From positions 64,001-128,000 of the forward strand of contig CAWGVG010000015.1 in the NCBI GenBank assembly GCA_963825865.1: 64,000 nucleotides of DNA, read 5' to 3'. The position numbers and the translations under genes are program-made. Under the pieces are notes generated by a model, which saw only the letters and a list, made by a program, of their open reading frames with translations, ran no database searches and was not told the DNA's origin. Source of the stretch: an uncultured Nitrososphaeraceae archaeon (lineage in GTDB: Archaea; Thermoproteota; Nitrososphaeria; Nitrososphaerales; Nitrososphaeraceae). Positions 12,988 to 23,687 of the stretch are shown here, piece by piece (within the stretch, counting starts at the first letter, position 1; every line of letters starts with the position of its first letter).

Positions 12988-13067
12988 AGATATAATATGA
13001 TCCGTTAAGTCTTCAGATCCTAATTATTATCTGGTGGGTAGGAGCGGTAATTGCTACTATTGCTCTA

Positions 13068-13298
13068 TTGACTCATCTATATGGACATTATCTCATAATC
13101 GGAATAGTTGGGTGGTCTATAATTATCATGACTACTACACTCATTGTCTATGAGATAAAGAAGATAAAAGAAGAAGATAAAAAGAAATCATCGGCAGAAG
13201 ATAAGATTAAAATAATTTCCTTTCCACCTTGTTCTTCTATAACTACCAACGTCACAGTAGATGTTATTCCTGTATTTTTCTTATTTTACTTGTTATAG
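13068..13298 (+). CDS. Small single-TM membrane protein (3' end uncertain)
   Basis: Hydrophobic LIIGIVGWSIIIMTTTLIVY followed by a charged EIKKIKEEDKKK tail. Confidence 0.4.
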   Translation: MTHLYGHYLIIGIVGWSIIIMTTTLIVYEIKKIKEEDKKKSSAEDKIKIISFPPCSSITTNVTVDVIPVFFLFYLL

Positions 13299-13461
13299 CA
13301 TGATTCAAACTCTCTGTGTTATCTGATTTTACTTTAACAAAGATGTCATGAACACCGTATGTTCCTCGTACCTCTTTTACCTCAGTTAATTTTGCAATCT
13401 CGCTTATAATATTCTCTTCTGATCCTAAAGTGCAGTTAACTAAAATATATGCAGTAGGCAT
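13210..13461 (-). CDS. Stand-alone Lrp/AsnC ligand-binding (RAM) domain protein
   Basis: MPTAYILVNC...GTYGVHDIFVKV...KIRKI, continuing after a 1-nt indel with GITSTVTLVVIEEQGGK; end approximate. Confidence 0.85.
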
Positions 13462-13512
13462 TATATCAGATGTAATAGTAGGTCAGTATTTTAGTCTTTA
13501 CTGTTGGAAGGT

Positions 13513-14123
13513 TCAGTAGAAACGATCAATATTATGATGAGGTTGGTTAATCTGTGCATGTTGTTTTCCGTTTTTGATTACGGTTATCACTGATTTTGCA
13601 CATCGAACTGCTTTATCAGAAGCAAGCAATTTATTATAACCAGATGGAAGGAAAGCAATAATCGCGTCGCCAACATACTTTAATACATAGCCTTCATAGC
13701 TCTGTACTATGTAAGACATATCATATGAAAATGCTCTAAATATGGTAACGGTAACCATTTTATCAACTGGCAAGTACATGCTCATGTTAGTTGAGCCAAC
13801 CAAACGGCATATATGATTACAAGAGGAATATTTGAATTGATGTGATTAAGGAGGAAGTTTTGGCCAGGTTTTAAACTCGACTCATACTGATACTGTCTTT
13901 ATAATGCTTTCCATAGTCTGGCTTGTGTCTGAGCTACAAGTGTTTCCGCATCAACCGCTACCATCAGAGCATTTTTAGAATGATCATCATTACCAACAAT
14001 CATACTTATTATCGATTCAGCATTTTTTCATCATCCAATCTATTTTTCCTGTTTTCATGAAGAGTGTTTTCGTCGGTAATCCCCTCTATAAAGTGCAACT
14101 CATTGTCTATTTTTTATAGTCAT
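13513..14123 (-). pseudogene. Truncated class III adenylate/guanylate cyclase
   Basis: IYA(D)LVGST and GYVLKYVGDAIIAF motifs; in-frame TAA near 13900; similarity appears to stop after VIKNG, so the catalytic C-terminal half is missing. Confidence 0.7.
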
Positions 14124-14595
14124 TCGTATGATTAAAACATCGTTAACTGACGTCAAGGAACCTAATGTTACAATGAATATAAAATAAAATAATAGATAAA
14201 GTTGAGCATCCAAAAATTGAGTAAAAATATAATGCATACTTAAGGATTCCCCTGAAAAATCTCGTGGAAGATGGCTCTTTAGTTGTAATTATCTTTTCAT
14301 TTATGGAAATTTAGTTTTTATTACTTTGTGTTTCATTCCTAATATCCTTAGTGTCGGTGATATGTTTTGATTCCATTAATTTGTCATTATACATTTATTC
14401 ATTCCTTTCCCCCTTCTTGGCCGACTTATGGCACCTGTGAGGATTGTTTCTTCCTCTGCTGTGCCGTCAGTTATAATAGTACTTTGCTTGTTTTTGTGTT
14501 CGTCAAAAACTTCCTTTCCTAGCTATTTGCTTATTTCTTGAATGCAATATAAGCAACCAATATTTATCTAAGGCATAAGAGTAGAGAAGAAAATA

Positions 14596-15465
14596 ATGCG
14601 ATTACCACTTAAAGGGGATGATTATTTTACCAATAATATAAATTCTACTTTTGACAATGTTAAGGATAGACACTTTGAAGCGATAAAACCACAACTTATG
14701 ATGAAGAAAGTTAACGTAATGTTAGGAGATGGTACTGTTAGTCAATCTGATACTTTTGAACCACAGAAAGCTACAGCATTTTATCAACGATTAATTAACT
14801 TTCTCAATGACCAGGGATGGACTACAACAGGTGTCTCAAGATCAAACACTAGTGACTTACACCGTATGTATTGTCAGTTTACACAAGACGTGGGCAAATA
14901 TCATTTACACGGCTATTTTGGAATTCAATTTCATGCTTTGCCATATTACAGAGTGAACAAACGTGTTATTGAGATTCAAAAGGAGTTAGTGGAGGTTGCA
15001 AACAAAGCAACAAAAGCTTTCACTAGTATAGGTACCAGAGGCAATGATATAGTCCAGAAAGAATTAGAAAAAGTTGGCTGCGCCGACATGGGATTTGAAG
15101 AATTATTTACGAAATTATTTGAAGATAAGGAACTATTGGATGATCTAGAAGTAAAAGCACTGACAATAGAAAAGGAATTTCCAGAATACGAAGAAATGCA
15201 CAATAAAAAGATTCAGTTGTTTGCAGAATTAAATGATTTGGTAATTGAAACATACCAGACATCCTTAGTATCAATAGATTACAATAAATTAATGCAAGGA
15301 GAAGAGGGCATAGTCACATATTTTGATATTGAAATTATAAAAAATCAGAAAACAAAGAAAAGGGATTCTTATATCAATGCGGGAATAATAACAAAAGAGT
15401 TGACCAAGCAGATCATTAGCAAGATCAATGAAGTTGCAAAAATATTACAATATGGAGCAATATGA
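14596..15465 (+). CDS. Hypothetical protein
   Basis: Clean 289-aa ORF with an upstream TATA-like box; no family recognised. Confidence 0.75.
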   Translation: MRLPLKGDDYFTNNINSTFDNVKDRHFEAIKPQLMMKKVNVMLGDGTVSQSDTFEPQKATAFYQRLINFLNDQGWTTTGVSRSNTSDLHRMYCQFTQDVGKYHLHGYFGIQFHALPYYRVNKRVIEIQKELVEVANKATKAFTSIGTRGNDIVQKELEKVGCADMGFEELFTKLFEDKELLDDLEVKALTIEKEFPEYEEMHNKKIQLFAELNDLVIETYQTSLVSIDYNKLMQGEEGIVTYFDIEIIKNQKTKKRDSYINAGIITKELTKQIISKINEVAKILQYGAI

Positions 15466-15631
15466 AATACAAAGAATATATATATTCTATATGAATAATA
15501 AATTATTATACGAATTATTATTATAATAAAATTGCATGAGTAGCTCAACAATATCTTCACCTTATTAGCGTTTGTTGTTCTTGCATCTAAAAAACTCCAT
15601 AATTTAACACAAAATTATAATTAAGGCATGA

Positions 15632-16915
15632 ATGGGAATGCATTGTTTGATTCTGATGAATGACGAGAGTATGTGGAACACAGATAAAGCACAGAAATTT
15701 CCAACTATCCAAGATATAGTTAGAGCTAGAGAAATATTATACAAATCTATTAGAAAAACGCCATTACTTAGATCTAATACATTTTCTAAAATTATAGGAA
15801 CCAATATTTACCTAAAACTTGAATCTTTTCAAACAACAGGTTCATTCAAGGTTCGAGGAGCATTTGTTAAAATAAATATGTTATCGGTAGAACAGAGAAA
15901 ACATGGTGTTATTGCTGCATCTGCAGGCAACCACGCACAAGGAGTTGCATATGGAGCATCAAATAAAAACATTCCATGTACAATTGTAATGCCGCAGAAT
16001 GCGTCACCCGCTAAAATAGCGGCTACAAAATCATATGGAGCAAAAGTGGTTCTAAGTGGATCTGATTATGATGAATGTTCGATCGCAGCCCAGGAAATGG
16101 CAAAGGAAGAAGGTCGCGCAATCATTCATGCTTTTGATGATCCCCAGGTAATATCAGGACAGGGAACAATTGGGCTAGAACTGTTGGAAGATCTGCCAGA
16201 CCTTGACCAGATCTATATACCAATAGGAGGTGGAGGGCTTGCAGCAGGTGTTGCAATTGCAATCAAGGCAAAAAAACCCAACGTAAAGATTATTGGTGTA
16301 GAATCTAAGGCTTTTCCATCTATGAAACAATCTCTTGAAAAAGGCTCTTTACAGAATATAAAATCAGGATATACTATTGCAGATGGTATTTCAGTAAAAT
16401 CTCCTGGCAAACTGACATATGAAATAGCTAGCAGATATTTAGATGATGTAACGGTAGTCGATGATTCTTCAATAGTTAAAACCATGTTTTTACTTATGGA
16501 AAGGGGAAAACTAGTCATAGAACCGGCCGGAGCTGCGAGTCTTGCATATTTACTTTCAAATGGCCATGCAAATAAAAACGAAAATGTAGTATCAATACTT
16601 TCAGGCGGAAATGTTGATATGTATCTACTTGGTCAGGTTGTGGCAAAAGGCCTTATGCATATGGGTAGAATGCTCAAAATTTTTATCCAGCTACCAGATA
16701 AGCCAGGAGCATTGAAAACAGTAGTAGATGGTATTGCAGAGCTTAGTGTTAATATTGTCGAAGTTGAACACGATAGATTAAGTTCCAATATCTCTGCTGG
16801 AACTGCAGGTGTCTATCTAAGTCTTGAAATGGAAAATGAAAAACATGCCGAACGATTGATCGAGTTTCTAAAGAGAAAAGGAATACAATTTAGAGTAGTC
16901 AGTAGACCTAGTTAA
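15632..16915 (+). CDS. ilvA: Threonine ammonia-lyase with C-terminal ACT domain
   Basis: TGSFKVRGA, ASAGNHAQGVA, PIGGGGL, SGGNVD, LPDKPGAL. Confidence 0.93.
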   Translation: MGMHCLILMNDESMWNTDKAQKFPTIQDIVRAREILYKSIRKTPLLRSNTFSKIIGTNIYLKLESFQTTGSFKVRGAFVKINMLSVEQRKHGVIAASAGNHAQGVAYGASNKNIPCTIVMPQNASPAKIAATKSYGAKVVLSGSDYDECSIAAQEMAKEEGRAIIHAFDDPQVISGQGTIGLELLEDLPDLDQIYIPIGGGGLAAGVAIAIKAKKPNVKIIGVESKAFPSMKQSLEKGSLQNIKSGYTIADGISVKSPGKLTYEIASRYLDDVTVVDDSSIVKTMFLLMERGKLVIEPAGAASLAYLLSNGHANKNENVVSILSGGNVDMYLLGQVVAKGLMHMGRMLKIFIQLPDKPGALKTVVDGIAELSVNIVEVEHDRLSSNISAGTAGVYLSLEMENEKHAERLIEFLKRKGIQFRVVSRPS

Positions 16916-17624
16916 TATAACTATTCTAACGTGCTGATACTATATAGTAATATTTGAATATGACGCTTTAATCCAATAGAAGGTATGATACTGGACCTGT
17001 TCTTTGGTAATAGACAATTATCTTTTCTATACAATAGAAGGATGAGGCCCAAAGAAAGATACAAGTTCATGGCAAGGTTACCAAGCAATTCAGACGACAG
17101 ACAAATTGGTGAAAACTATATACCAGATTACAATACAATAGTTGCCAAGAATATGAAACCTAAGAATATCAAAACTACAAATCTTAAGGGCGACGATCAC
17201 TATCCGCTTTGAAGAACAAAGGTACTAACCCTCTCCCTTGATATGCAATTACGGCTGATTTTGAGAGATAATCCAAAGCCGGAAACAGTGCCTCTAATTT
17301 TATAGATTGTTATATCTGGCATACAGCTGATGACATCGAATTAAACCGTGAATAAAAAAGATGTGATACGATAATAGTGTCTATATTTAAATTAATGCAG
17401 TCCCTTGCTTTTATTTTAGCTTTGTCTAGTATCTCAGAGCTTAGTGTTTGCCTAGGCTACGGCAACATCTCAATAAGACACAGGACTTCAGCAGATATTT
17501 TATTCATAAAAGATGGAAAACCACAAATTATATTTTCTAATGTCCGAAATGCTCAGCACATTGTTAAACTGGTTAAATCTATACGGAGACTGCAATTACA
17601 AGGACAACAACGGCAGTAGTAGTA

Positions 17625-17876
17625 GTGATGATAGCAAAGAAGTTGTTTATCGTTAAAAAATTAAACAGGAATTCCAATTGGGATTCTTTTAGCCTTTATG
17701 ACGAAAATGGATCGTTTCGTGGAGAGGCTCGATTTGAGACAAAACAGCAAGCTGAGGAATACATAAAGTTGTACAAAGACAGATTTAACAAACGCTTAAC
17801 CGCTGAAGGAAAAACCACAACTAGGCTAAAGCTGCAGGTATTTGAGATAGATAGTAATCACTCTCAGATACAATAG
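17625..17876 (+). CDS. Hypothetical small protein
   Basis: 83-aa ORF with an FETKQQAEEYI motif; plausible composition. Confidence 0.5.
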   Translation: MMIAKKLFIVKKLNRNSNWDSFSLYDENGSFRGEARFETKQQAEEYIKLYKDRFNKRLTAEGKTTTRLKLQVFEIDSNHSQIQ

Positions 17877-17917
17877 TAGTAATAATACTTTCCGCAGCGT
17901 ATTCTTACGATGTGATA

Positions 17918-19324
17918 TTAGTTAGTGTATGTATATTCTCTAAATCCTTTTTTGTCAGAAGTAGTACCACCGATCTTTACTAGGATAAATTCCTTATTAG
18001 CATGTAAATGGGAATCATCAAAATTTCTTTTACTTTCATGCAGTTTCTCGTATTCTTCCATAGAGAGTTTTGTTCGAGATCCGATTTCTTCTTCAAGATT
18101 CATCCGCTTTACAATCTCTTTATATTCAGGTTGTATTACACCGCTAAATACCATGGCGCTGCTACCACTGCCATAAGATCCAAAGCCTATTCTCTTATTC
18201 TCAAGGTAAGTTCCCTTCTTGTATTCAAATTCGAGCAAGCTTCTAAATCCCATGTACATTGAAGCAGTATATAGATTCCCAATCATTGGAGATGCTTCAA
18301 GTGAACTTGCCAGCTTATTTTCAAAAACTTCATTGTAGAAAGAGGTCTGAATAAATGCTCGTCTGAATTTCTCATCAGCTTTTGTAAATTCAGTATCGGC
18401 AAGAATAGATTCTATCGTACCCCTAGGATCTTTTGGTACTGGCTCCTCCATTCCCACTTCTTTTATAATGTCTTTCCAGCGTGGAAGATGTCGCCATTCA
18501 TGTCTTAGCAAGTATGCTAACGCCTTTTCACCCATTTTTCTATAAGGAAGATGAACGCTGAATAAATCTATGTGATCCGTAATGGATTCGTCATCCTTTA
18601 GATTAATCAAACCAGTTCTAATAGCCTTTTCTTTATAACTATCAAATGCCTTTTTCACTTGAATTAAATATAATAGATTAGAATAGTTTCCGTTGACAAG
18701 AGGAGTTTCTTTTCCAAATGGTCTATAAAAGTCATACTCGTTCTTAATAATTGTAGACGCAACTTTTTGATCGAAAGCCAACAGTCTAGGATTTTCTTTA
18801 ATCAGCATCGCAACTGCACCAGCGCCTTGTGTATATTCACCTGATGAACCAATATCATATTTGGCAATATCACTTACAATAACAATAGCGGCTTTACCAT
18901 TATTTTCTTCTGCTCTAATCCAATTTGCGTTATCATAGAGTGCATAAGATCCGCTTACACATGCAAATTTACACTCAATTCCGCCAGCATGTTCAAAAGA
19001 ACTCTCACCATAGACTTGTTCTAACATTCCTATGACAAAAGAATTCATTGCCTTAGATTCGTCAAGGCCAGATTCAGTGGCCACATACATTCTTCCGATA
19101 TCTTGTGGGTGCAAATGGTTTATTTGCATTAATTTCAAACATGCATTTGCAGCCATACATGCTGGATCCTGGTTAGTGTCAACTAAAGCCATCTTTTTAA
19201 TTCCTATGCCAGATTCTAACTTTTGCGGAGCAATTCCTCTTGCTTCAGCAAAATCCTTATAGTCGATATAAAGTTTAGGGACATATATGGCTAGATTGTC
19301 AATCCCTACACGCATTTTACACAA
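17918..19324 (-). CDS. Hydroxymethylglutaryl-CoA synthase
   Basis: ATESGLDESKA, ECKFACVSG (catalytic Cys), GEYTQGAGAVA, GNLYTAS, SYGSGS. Confidence 0.93.
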   Translation of the reverse strand: MCKMRVGIDNLAIYVPKLYIDYKDFAEARGIAPQKLESGIGIKKMALVDTNQDPACMAANACLKLMQINHLHPQDIGRMYVATESGLDESKAMNSFVIGMLEQVYGESSFEHAGGIECKFACVSGSYALYDNANWIRAEENNGKAAIVIVSDIAKYDIGSSGEYTQGAGAVAMLIKENPRLLAFDQKVASTIIKNEYDFYRPFGKETPLVNGNYSNLLYLIQVKKAFDSYKEKAIRTGLINLKDDESITDHIDLFSVHLPYRKMGEKALAYLLRHEWRHLPRWKDIIKEVGMEEPVPKDPRGTIESILADTEFTKADEKFRRAFIQTSFYNEVFENKLASSLEASPMIGNLYTASMYMGFRSLLEFEYKKGTYLENKRIGFGSYGSGSSAMVFSGVIQPEYKEIVKRMNLEEEIGSRTKLSMEEYEKLHESKRNFDDSHLHANKEFILVKIGGTTSDKKGFREYTYTN

Positions 19325-19461
19325 CTATACATACAGCCATTTAAAGGTATTTCTGAATAGAATAGTTGACCCATGGAAATGTACAAATGCCTATCAATAA
19401 ATTATAAAACGGGACTTGTTAAATGAACTAATTTCTCATCTATTTTATTATTTTAATTATT

Positions 19462-20589
19462 TTAATAATACTTTATGGTCTGATATAAGTTATTTCTTTC
19501 CGCAGCTTTAAAGCCAGTCTGTTTAATAGGAGCTATAATTTTATGTGCTGTTAGCTCTGTAGATCTGGCACCTGTAGCGCTTACTACTTCTTCACCGATC
19601 AAAGTACCGCCAAAGTCATCGGCGCCAAAATTTAGTGCCAGCTGAGCCATACCGATTCCATTTGTTAGCCATGAGGACTGTAGATGATCGATTAAACCAT
19701 AATATATTATTCTCGCAATTGCTATCATTTTCAATAGTTGCAATCCTCCAGATGGATATTTTATTAATCCTTCAGATTGCATCTGAGTTTTATTCGGTTC
19801 AAAACTCCATGGAATAAAAGACATAAATCCCCTCGTTTTTTCTTGCAATTGTGCAATTTTCATAATATGTCGTGCTCGTTGTTCTTCACTTTCAACCGTG
19901 CCATACATCATTGTTGCCGAAGACTTTAGGCCAATCTCATGAGCGTATTCCATTATCCGCAGCCACTCGTGACTTTTGATCTTGAGAGGGCTGATCTCTG
20001 CTTTTACATCATCATCAAGAATTTCAGCTCCTGCACCAGGAAGAGAATCCAGTCCTGCTGCTTTTAACCTAGCGAGGACCTCTTTAATACTACTTTTCTC
20101 AATTCTTGCAATCATATCAATTTCAGATGCTGACAGACCATGAATCCCTACTTCAGGGCATTTGGCCTTTATTGCCTTAAAAGCTTCTTCATAATATTCC
20201 ATCTTTAAATTTGGATTGTGTCCCCCCTGAATTAATGCTTGGGTAATACCAAATAGTTCTCTAGATACTAATACACGTTGAACAATTTCCTTCAGAGATA
20301 ATGTATAACCTTCTTTATGTCCAGGCGGGCGGTAGAATGCGCAGAACTTGCAATAAGTAATACAAACGTTAGTATAGTTTAAGATAATGTTATTGACGAA
20401 TGTGGCAGTGTTTCCGTAGAGTCTTTGTCTTAATATACTTCCAACAAGTCCTATGGAGTAGGAATCGTCAGACTTGATAAGCCTTGTGCATTCGTCTAGC
20501 CCAAGACGTCGGCTGTTTAATGCACTATCTAAAATGTCACCAACATCAGATTTACTGATTAAGTCTTTTACCAAGAGGCTATTTTGCAA
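19462..20589 (-). CDS. mqnC: Cyclic dehypoxanthinyl futalosine synthase (radical SAM, CofH-like)
   Basis: NYTNVCITYCKFCAFYR, IQGGHNP, PGAGAEIL, SATMMYG, GADDFGGTL. Confidence 0.85.
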   Translation of the reverse strand: MQNSLLVKDLISKSDVGDILDSALNSRRLGLDECTRLIKSDDSYSIGLVGSILRQRLYGNTATFVNNIILNYTNVCITYCKFCAFYRPPGHKEGYTLSLKEIVQRVLVSRELFGITQALIQGGHNPNLKMEYYEEAFKAIKAKCPEVGIHGLSASEIDMIARIEKSSIKEVLARLKAAGLDSLPGAGAEILDDDVKAEISPLKIKSHEWLRIMEYAHEIGLKSSATMMYGTVESEEQRARHIMKIAQLQEKTRGFMSFIPWSFEPNKTQMQSEGLIKYPSGGLQLLKMIAIARIIYYGLIDHLQSSWLTNGIGMAQLALNFGADDFGGTLIGEEVVSATGARSTELTAHKIIAPIKQTGFKAAERNNLYQTIKYY

Positions 20590-20689
20590 TATTATATAAT
20601 TTTGAACTATTAATGCTATTTATTCTTTGCAACTTTAGAGGATCTGTTAACACATATTTTATATTAACTTCAATCGTAGATCCAATAAT

Positions 20690-21794
20690 TTGCTAAAAAA
20701 TATCTCTGGAGGAACACCAGCATTAGAAAAATCACTCGCAGGCGAGGAATTAACATATCGAGACGGAGTGCAGCTAATAAAAGAAGAGAACCTGTTTTTG
20801 TTAGGCGCTGTTGCTGATAAGATTCGTACAGGATCTTAGAGGAAAAACTGTTACCTTTGTTGTTTCTTATTATTTAAATTATACCAATGTGTGTGTTGCC
20901 AGTTGCCCATTGTGTGCATTCTATAGAAAGGGAAATGAATCTGATGCTTATACTTTAACTACTGAACAGATCTTAACCAGAGCCAGGATCGCAATAAAAC
21001 AAATGGTGGCAACTGAAATTCATATTGTTGGGGGATTTCATCCAAAACTAGGCCTTGATTATTATGAGGATATGATGAAAGCAATAAAGGCTGAGTTTCC
21101 CGACGTCACAATTAAAGCGTTCACTCCTGCAGAAATTTTCTTTATTGCCCGCTTGACTAAAAACTCAGTAAAAGAGGTCTTACTTAGGTTAAAGGGCGCT
21201 GGATTAAATGCTCTTCCTGGTGGTGGAGCTGAGATTTTCGAACCCAAGGCCAGAGATATAATTGTCAGGGGGAAATGTTCTGGTGAAGAGTGGCTTGATA
21301 CTGCTCGTCAGGCACATGATTTAGGATTGAAGAGTAATTGCACAATGCTTTTCGGTCATATCGAAAAACCTGAACACATTATAGATCATATCTTAAAGAT
21401 CAGGGAACTTCAGAAAAAAACAAAGGGCTTTACTACATTTATCCCATTAAAGTTTAGTCTAGACAATACAGAGTTAGAAAAGAAGGGTATGATTACTGGG
21501 GAGAGTCCATCAACATATGATTTGAGAATTATAGCAGTATCGAGATTATTACTAGCAAATATACTAAATAATATCTCGGTATACTGGGTTTCATTAGGTA
21601 AGAAATTGGCTCAGGTCTCATTATCATACGGGGGTAATGATATGGTTGGGACCGCATATTCAGAAGAAATATTCAAGGCTGCCGGTAAAAATACAGCAAC
21701 CTCTGTCGAAGAGCTAGCGAATTTAATAAAAGAAATTAAAAGAGAGCCTGCTCAAAGAGATACGTTCTTCAATATAATTAGAAAGTTTAACTAG
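20690..21794 (+). CDS. mqnE: Aminofutalosine synthase (radical SAM); 5' indel
   Basis: NYTNVCVASCPLCAF, IHIVGG, IKAFTPAEI, PGGGAEIF, NCTMLFGHIE, FIPLKF; TTG start at 20690 inferred. Confidence 0.85.
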
Positions 21795-22386
21795 GATCTT
21801 AATCTTCTTTTTTTATTAATTTAATCCACTGATCAACAGTTTTTAACATCTACTTTGTGACGCTAGGTTTTGTGATAGAAAAGATGACAAGATGATGCAG
21901 ACAACGACATATACCTTTCTTTTCTTCATACTCAACTTTAAATTTTCAATAGCCACTTCCATATTCCTCTAATAATGCTCTTGCATGTGCTTTGATTTAT
22001 CTATAATTCTGATTCGAAAAACTTTACTAATCCACTGTATTAGCACATTAAATTGGTAGCCTCGTTAAATATTTATTTCCACATTTTTCAGCAGTAGTAT
22101 TTAGAAGACATATCTTAGTGTCTAATAAAGTCCTTCGATAGGGAAGAAAAAAGACATCTGAGATACATCCAATGTTCAGTAAGTGGGCTCATCAACGGCA
22201 AAATATAGCTCTAATGATAAAAGCCAAAGCATTATCAGTACCTTTACAGGTATTATTGACGGAATAAATAATGGGGTATGAATAGCGAAAATGGAAGATG
22301 GAAGCAATCCGAGATTACAAAACTTAAGCAACTAATCCGCCTGATCTCCATGTTATCGGGCTCCTAATAGGTCGAAGTTCGCACAG

Positions 22387-23214
22387 CTAAGCGAAATTCA
22401 CCTGGGGAATTGATAGTATTTGTTTCTCCTTTGCCATTGCAAACATTTTCTTGATTGATTTTTCTCCTTCGAGGCCCATATCGATGGTTATATCATTTAC
22501 ATACATTTTTATAAATTTCGTCATCACATCTTTTGGTTGGCCTCTGCTGTATCTCATCGCATAATCAACTGCAGCATCGATATTTCTAAGACCGTATAAA
22601 ATTGAATTCTTAAAAAGGTTGTCTACTCGTCTGATCTGTCCCTGTGTCAATGATTTCCTACTCGCCACATTAATTCCTAATGGCACTGGCAGTCCATCTG
22701 TTTCGGCAGTCCACCAATCTCCCAAATCCAGAACATTGTAAAATTTTGATTTTTGATAGGTAATCTGTGTTTCATGAATCACTAAGCCTGCATCTACTTT
22801 ACCCGTTAGAACCGCGTTTGGAATCTGCTGAAAAGATATCTCTTTCTCTTTAAATTTTCCCAAGGCAAACTTTAATAATAAATTAGCAGATGTCATCTGA
22901 CCTGGAATCGCAATTGTACTCTTTCTTAATTCTGAAAGCGATAATTCCCTCTTCGAAATCACTATTGGTCCGTACTTTAAACCAAAGCTTCCACCACTAC
23001 GCAAAATTATATAATCTTTCAAATAAGCATAGGCATGAGCTGAAATTGCAGTAACGTCAAGTTCATGTCTTAAAGCGAGTTTGTTAAGAGTTTCAATATC
23101 TTCTATGACATGTTTGATTCTAAGGCTCGGACATTTTACTTTTCCAGATGCAATACCATAGAACATAAAAGCATCATCCGCATCCGGAGTATGGCCTAAA
23201 GTTATTTCCATCAT
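22387..23214 (-). CDS. mqnD: 1,4-dihydroxy-6-naphthoate synthase
   Basis: ITLGHTPDADDAFMFY, DIETLN, GLVIHE, LPVPLG, FIKMYVND. Confidence 0.9.
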   Translation of the reverse strand: MMEITLGHTPDADDAFMFYGIASGKVKCPSLRIKHVIEDIETLNKLALRHELDVTAISAHAYAYLKDYIILRSGGSFGLKYGPIVISKRELSLSELRKSTIAIPGQMTSANLLLKFALGKFKEKEISFQQIPNAVLTGKVDAGLVIHETQITYQKSKFYNVLDLGDWWTAETDGLPVPLGINVASRKSLTQGQIRRVDNLFKNSILYGLRNIDAAVDYAMRYSRGQPKDVMTKFIKMYVNDITIDMGLEGEKSIKKMFAMAKEKQILSIPQVNFA

Positions 23215-23687
23215 GTTTATAACAAAAATTATAATCATAAATAAAGTTAAAATCACTAAACTCTTACGTGGTTTTAAAGCATTATTTAGCTGTAATTAAC
23301 TTTATAGTTGAGCAGCTACTGAAAAATATAGCATATCCAATCATCGAATGTTCGGACCAAGCAAGGATATAAAACCTGGTTTGATATTGTATTAGAAAGC
23401 TTCTAAAGTGGAGATATAGTGCCGATGTTAACCAATATATATCGAAAGACAACAGAGTCAACAGAACCTAAATAAGTGCATAGTAAGCTATAATATAGTC
23501 TGCTATGGTTTAATGGTCAATGGCCATTCTTAGATCATTCCTCCAAATTTATGAGTATAATATCATCATACCATCTTAATGTACTGCTCTTCTAAAACTT
23601 CAAGCCGTACAATAATACAATCTTCATTTTAAATGAAAGGCAAGGAACATTTAATAGTCCTCCAGCGAATTTTTTTCGCTTGAACAT

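Noticed and set aside
17377-17619. PH-like domain fragment
   Set aside because: Only weak C-terminal resemblance and no credible start.
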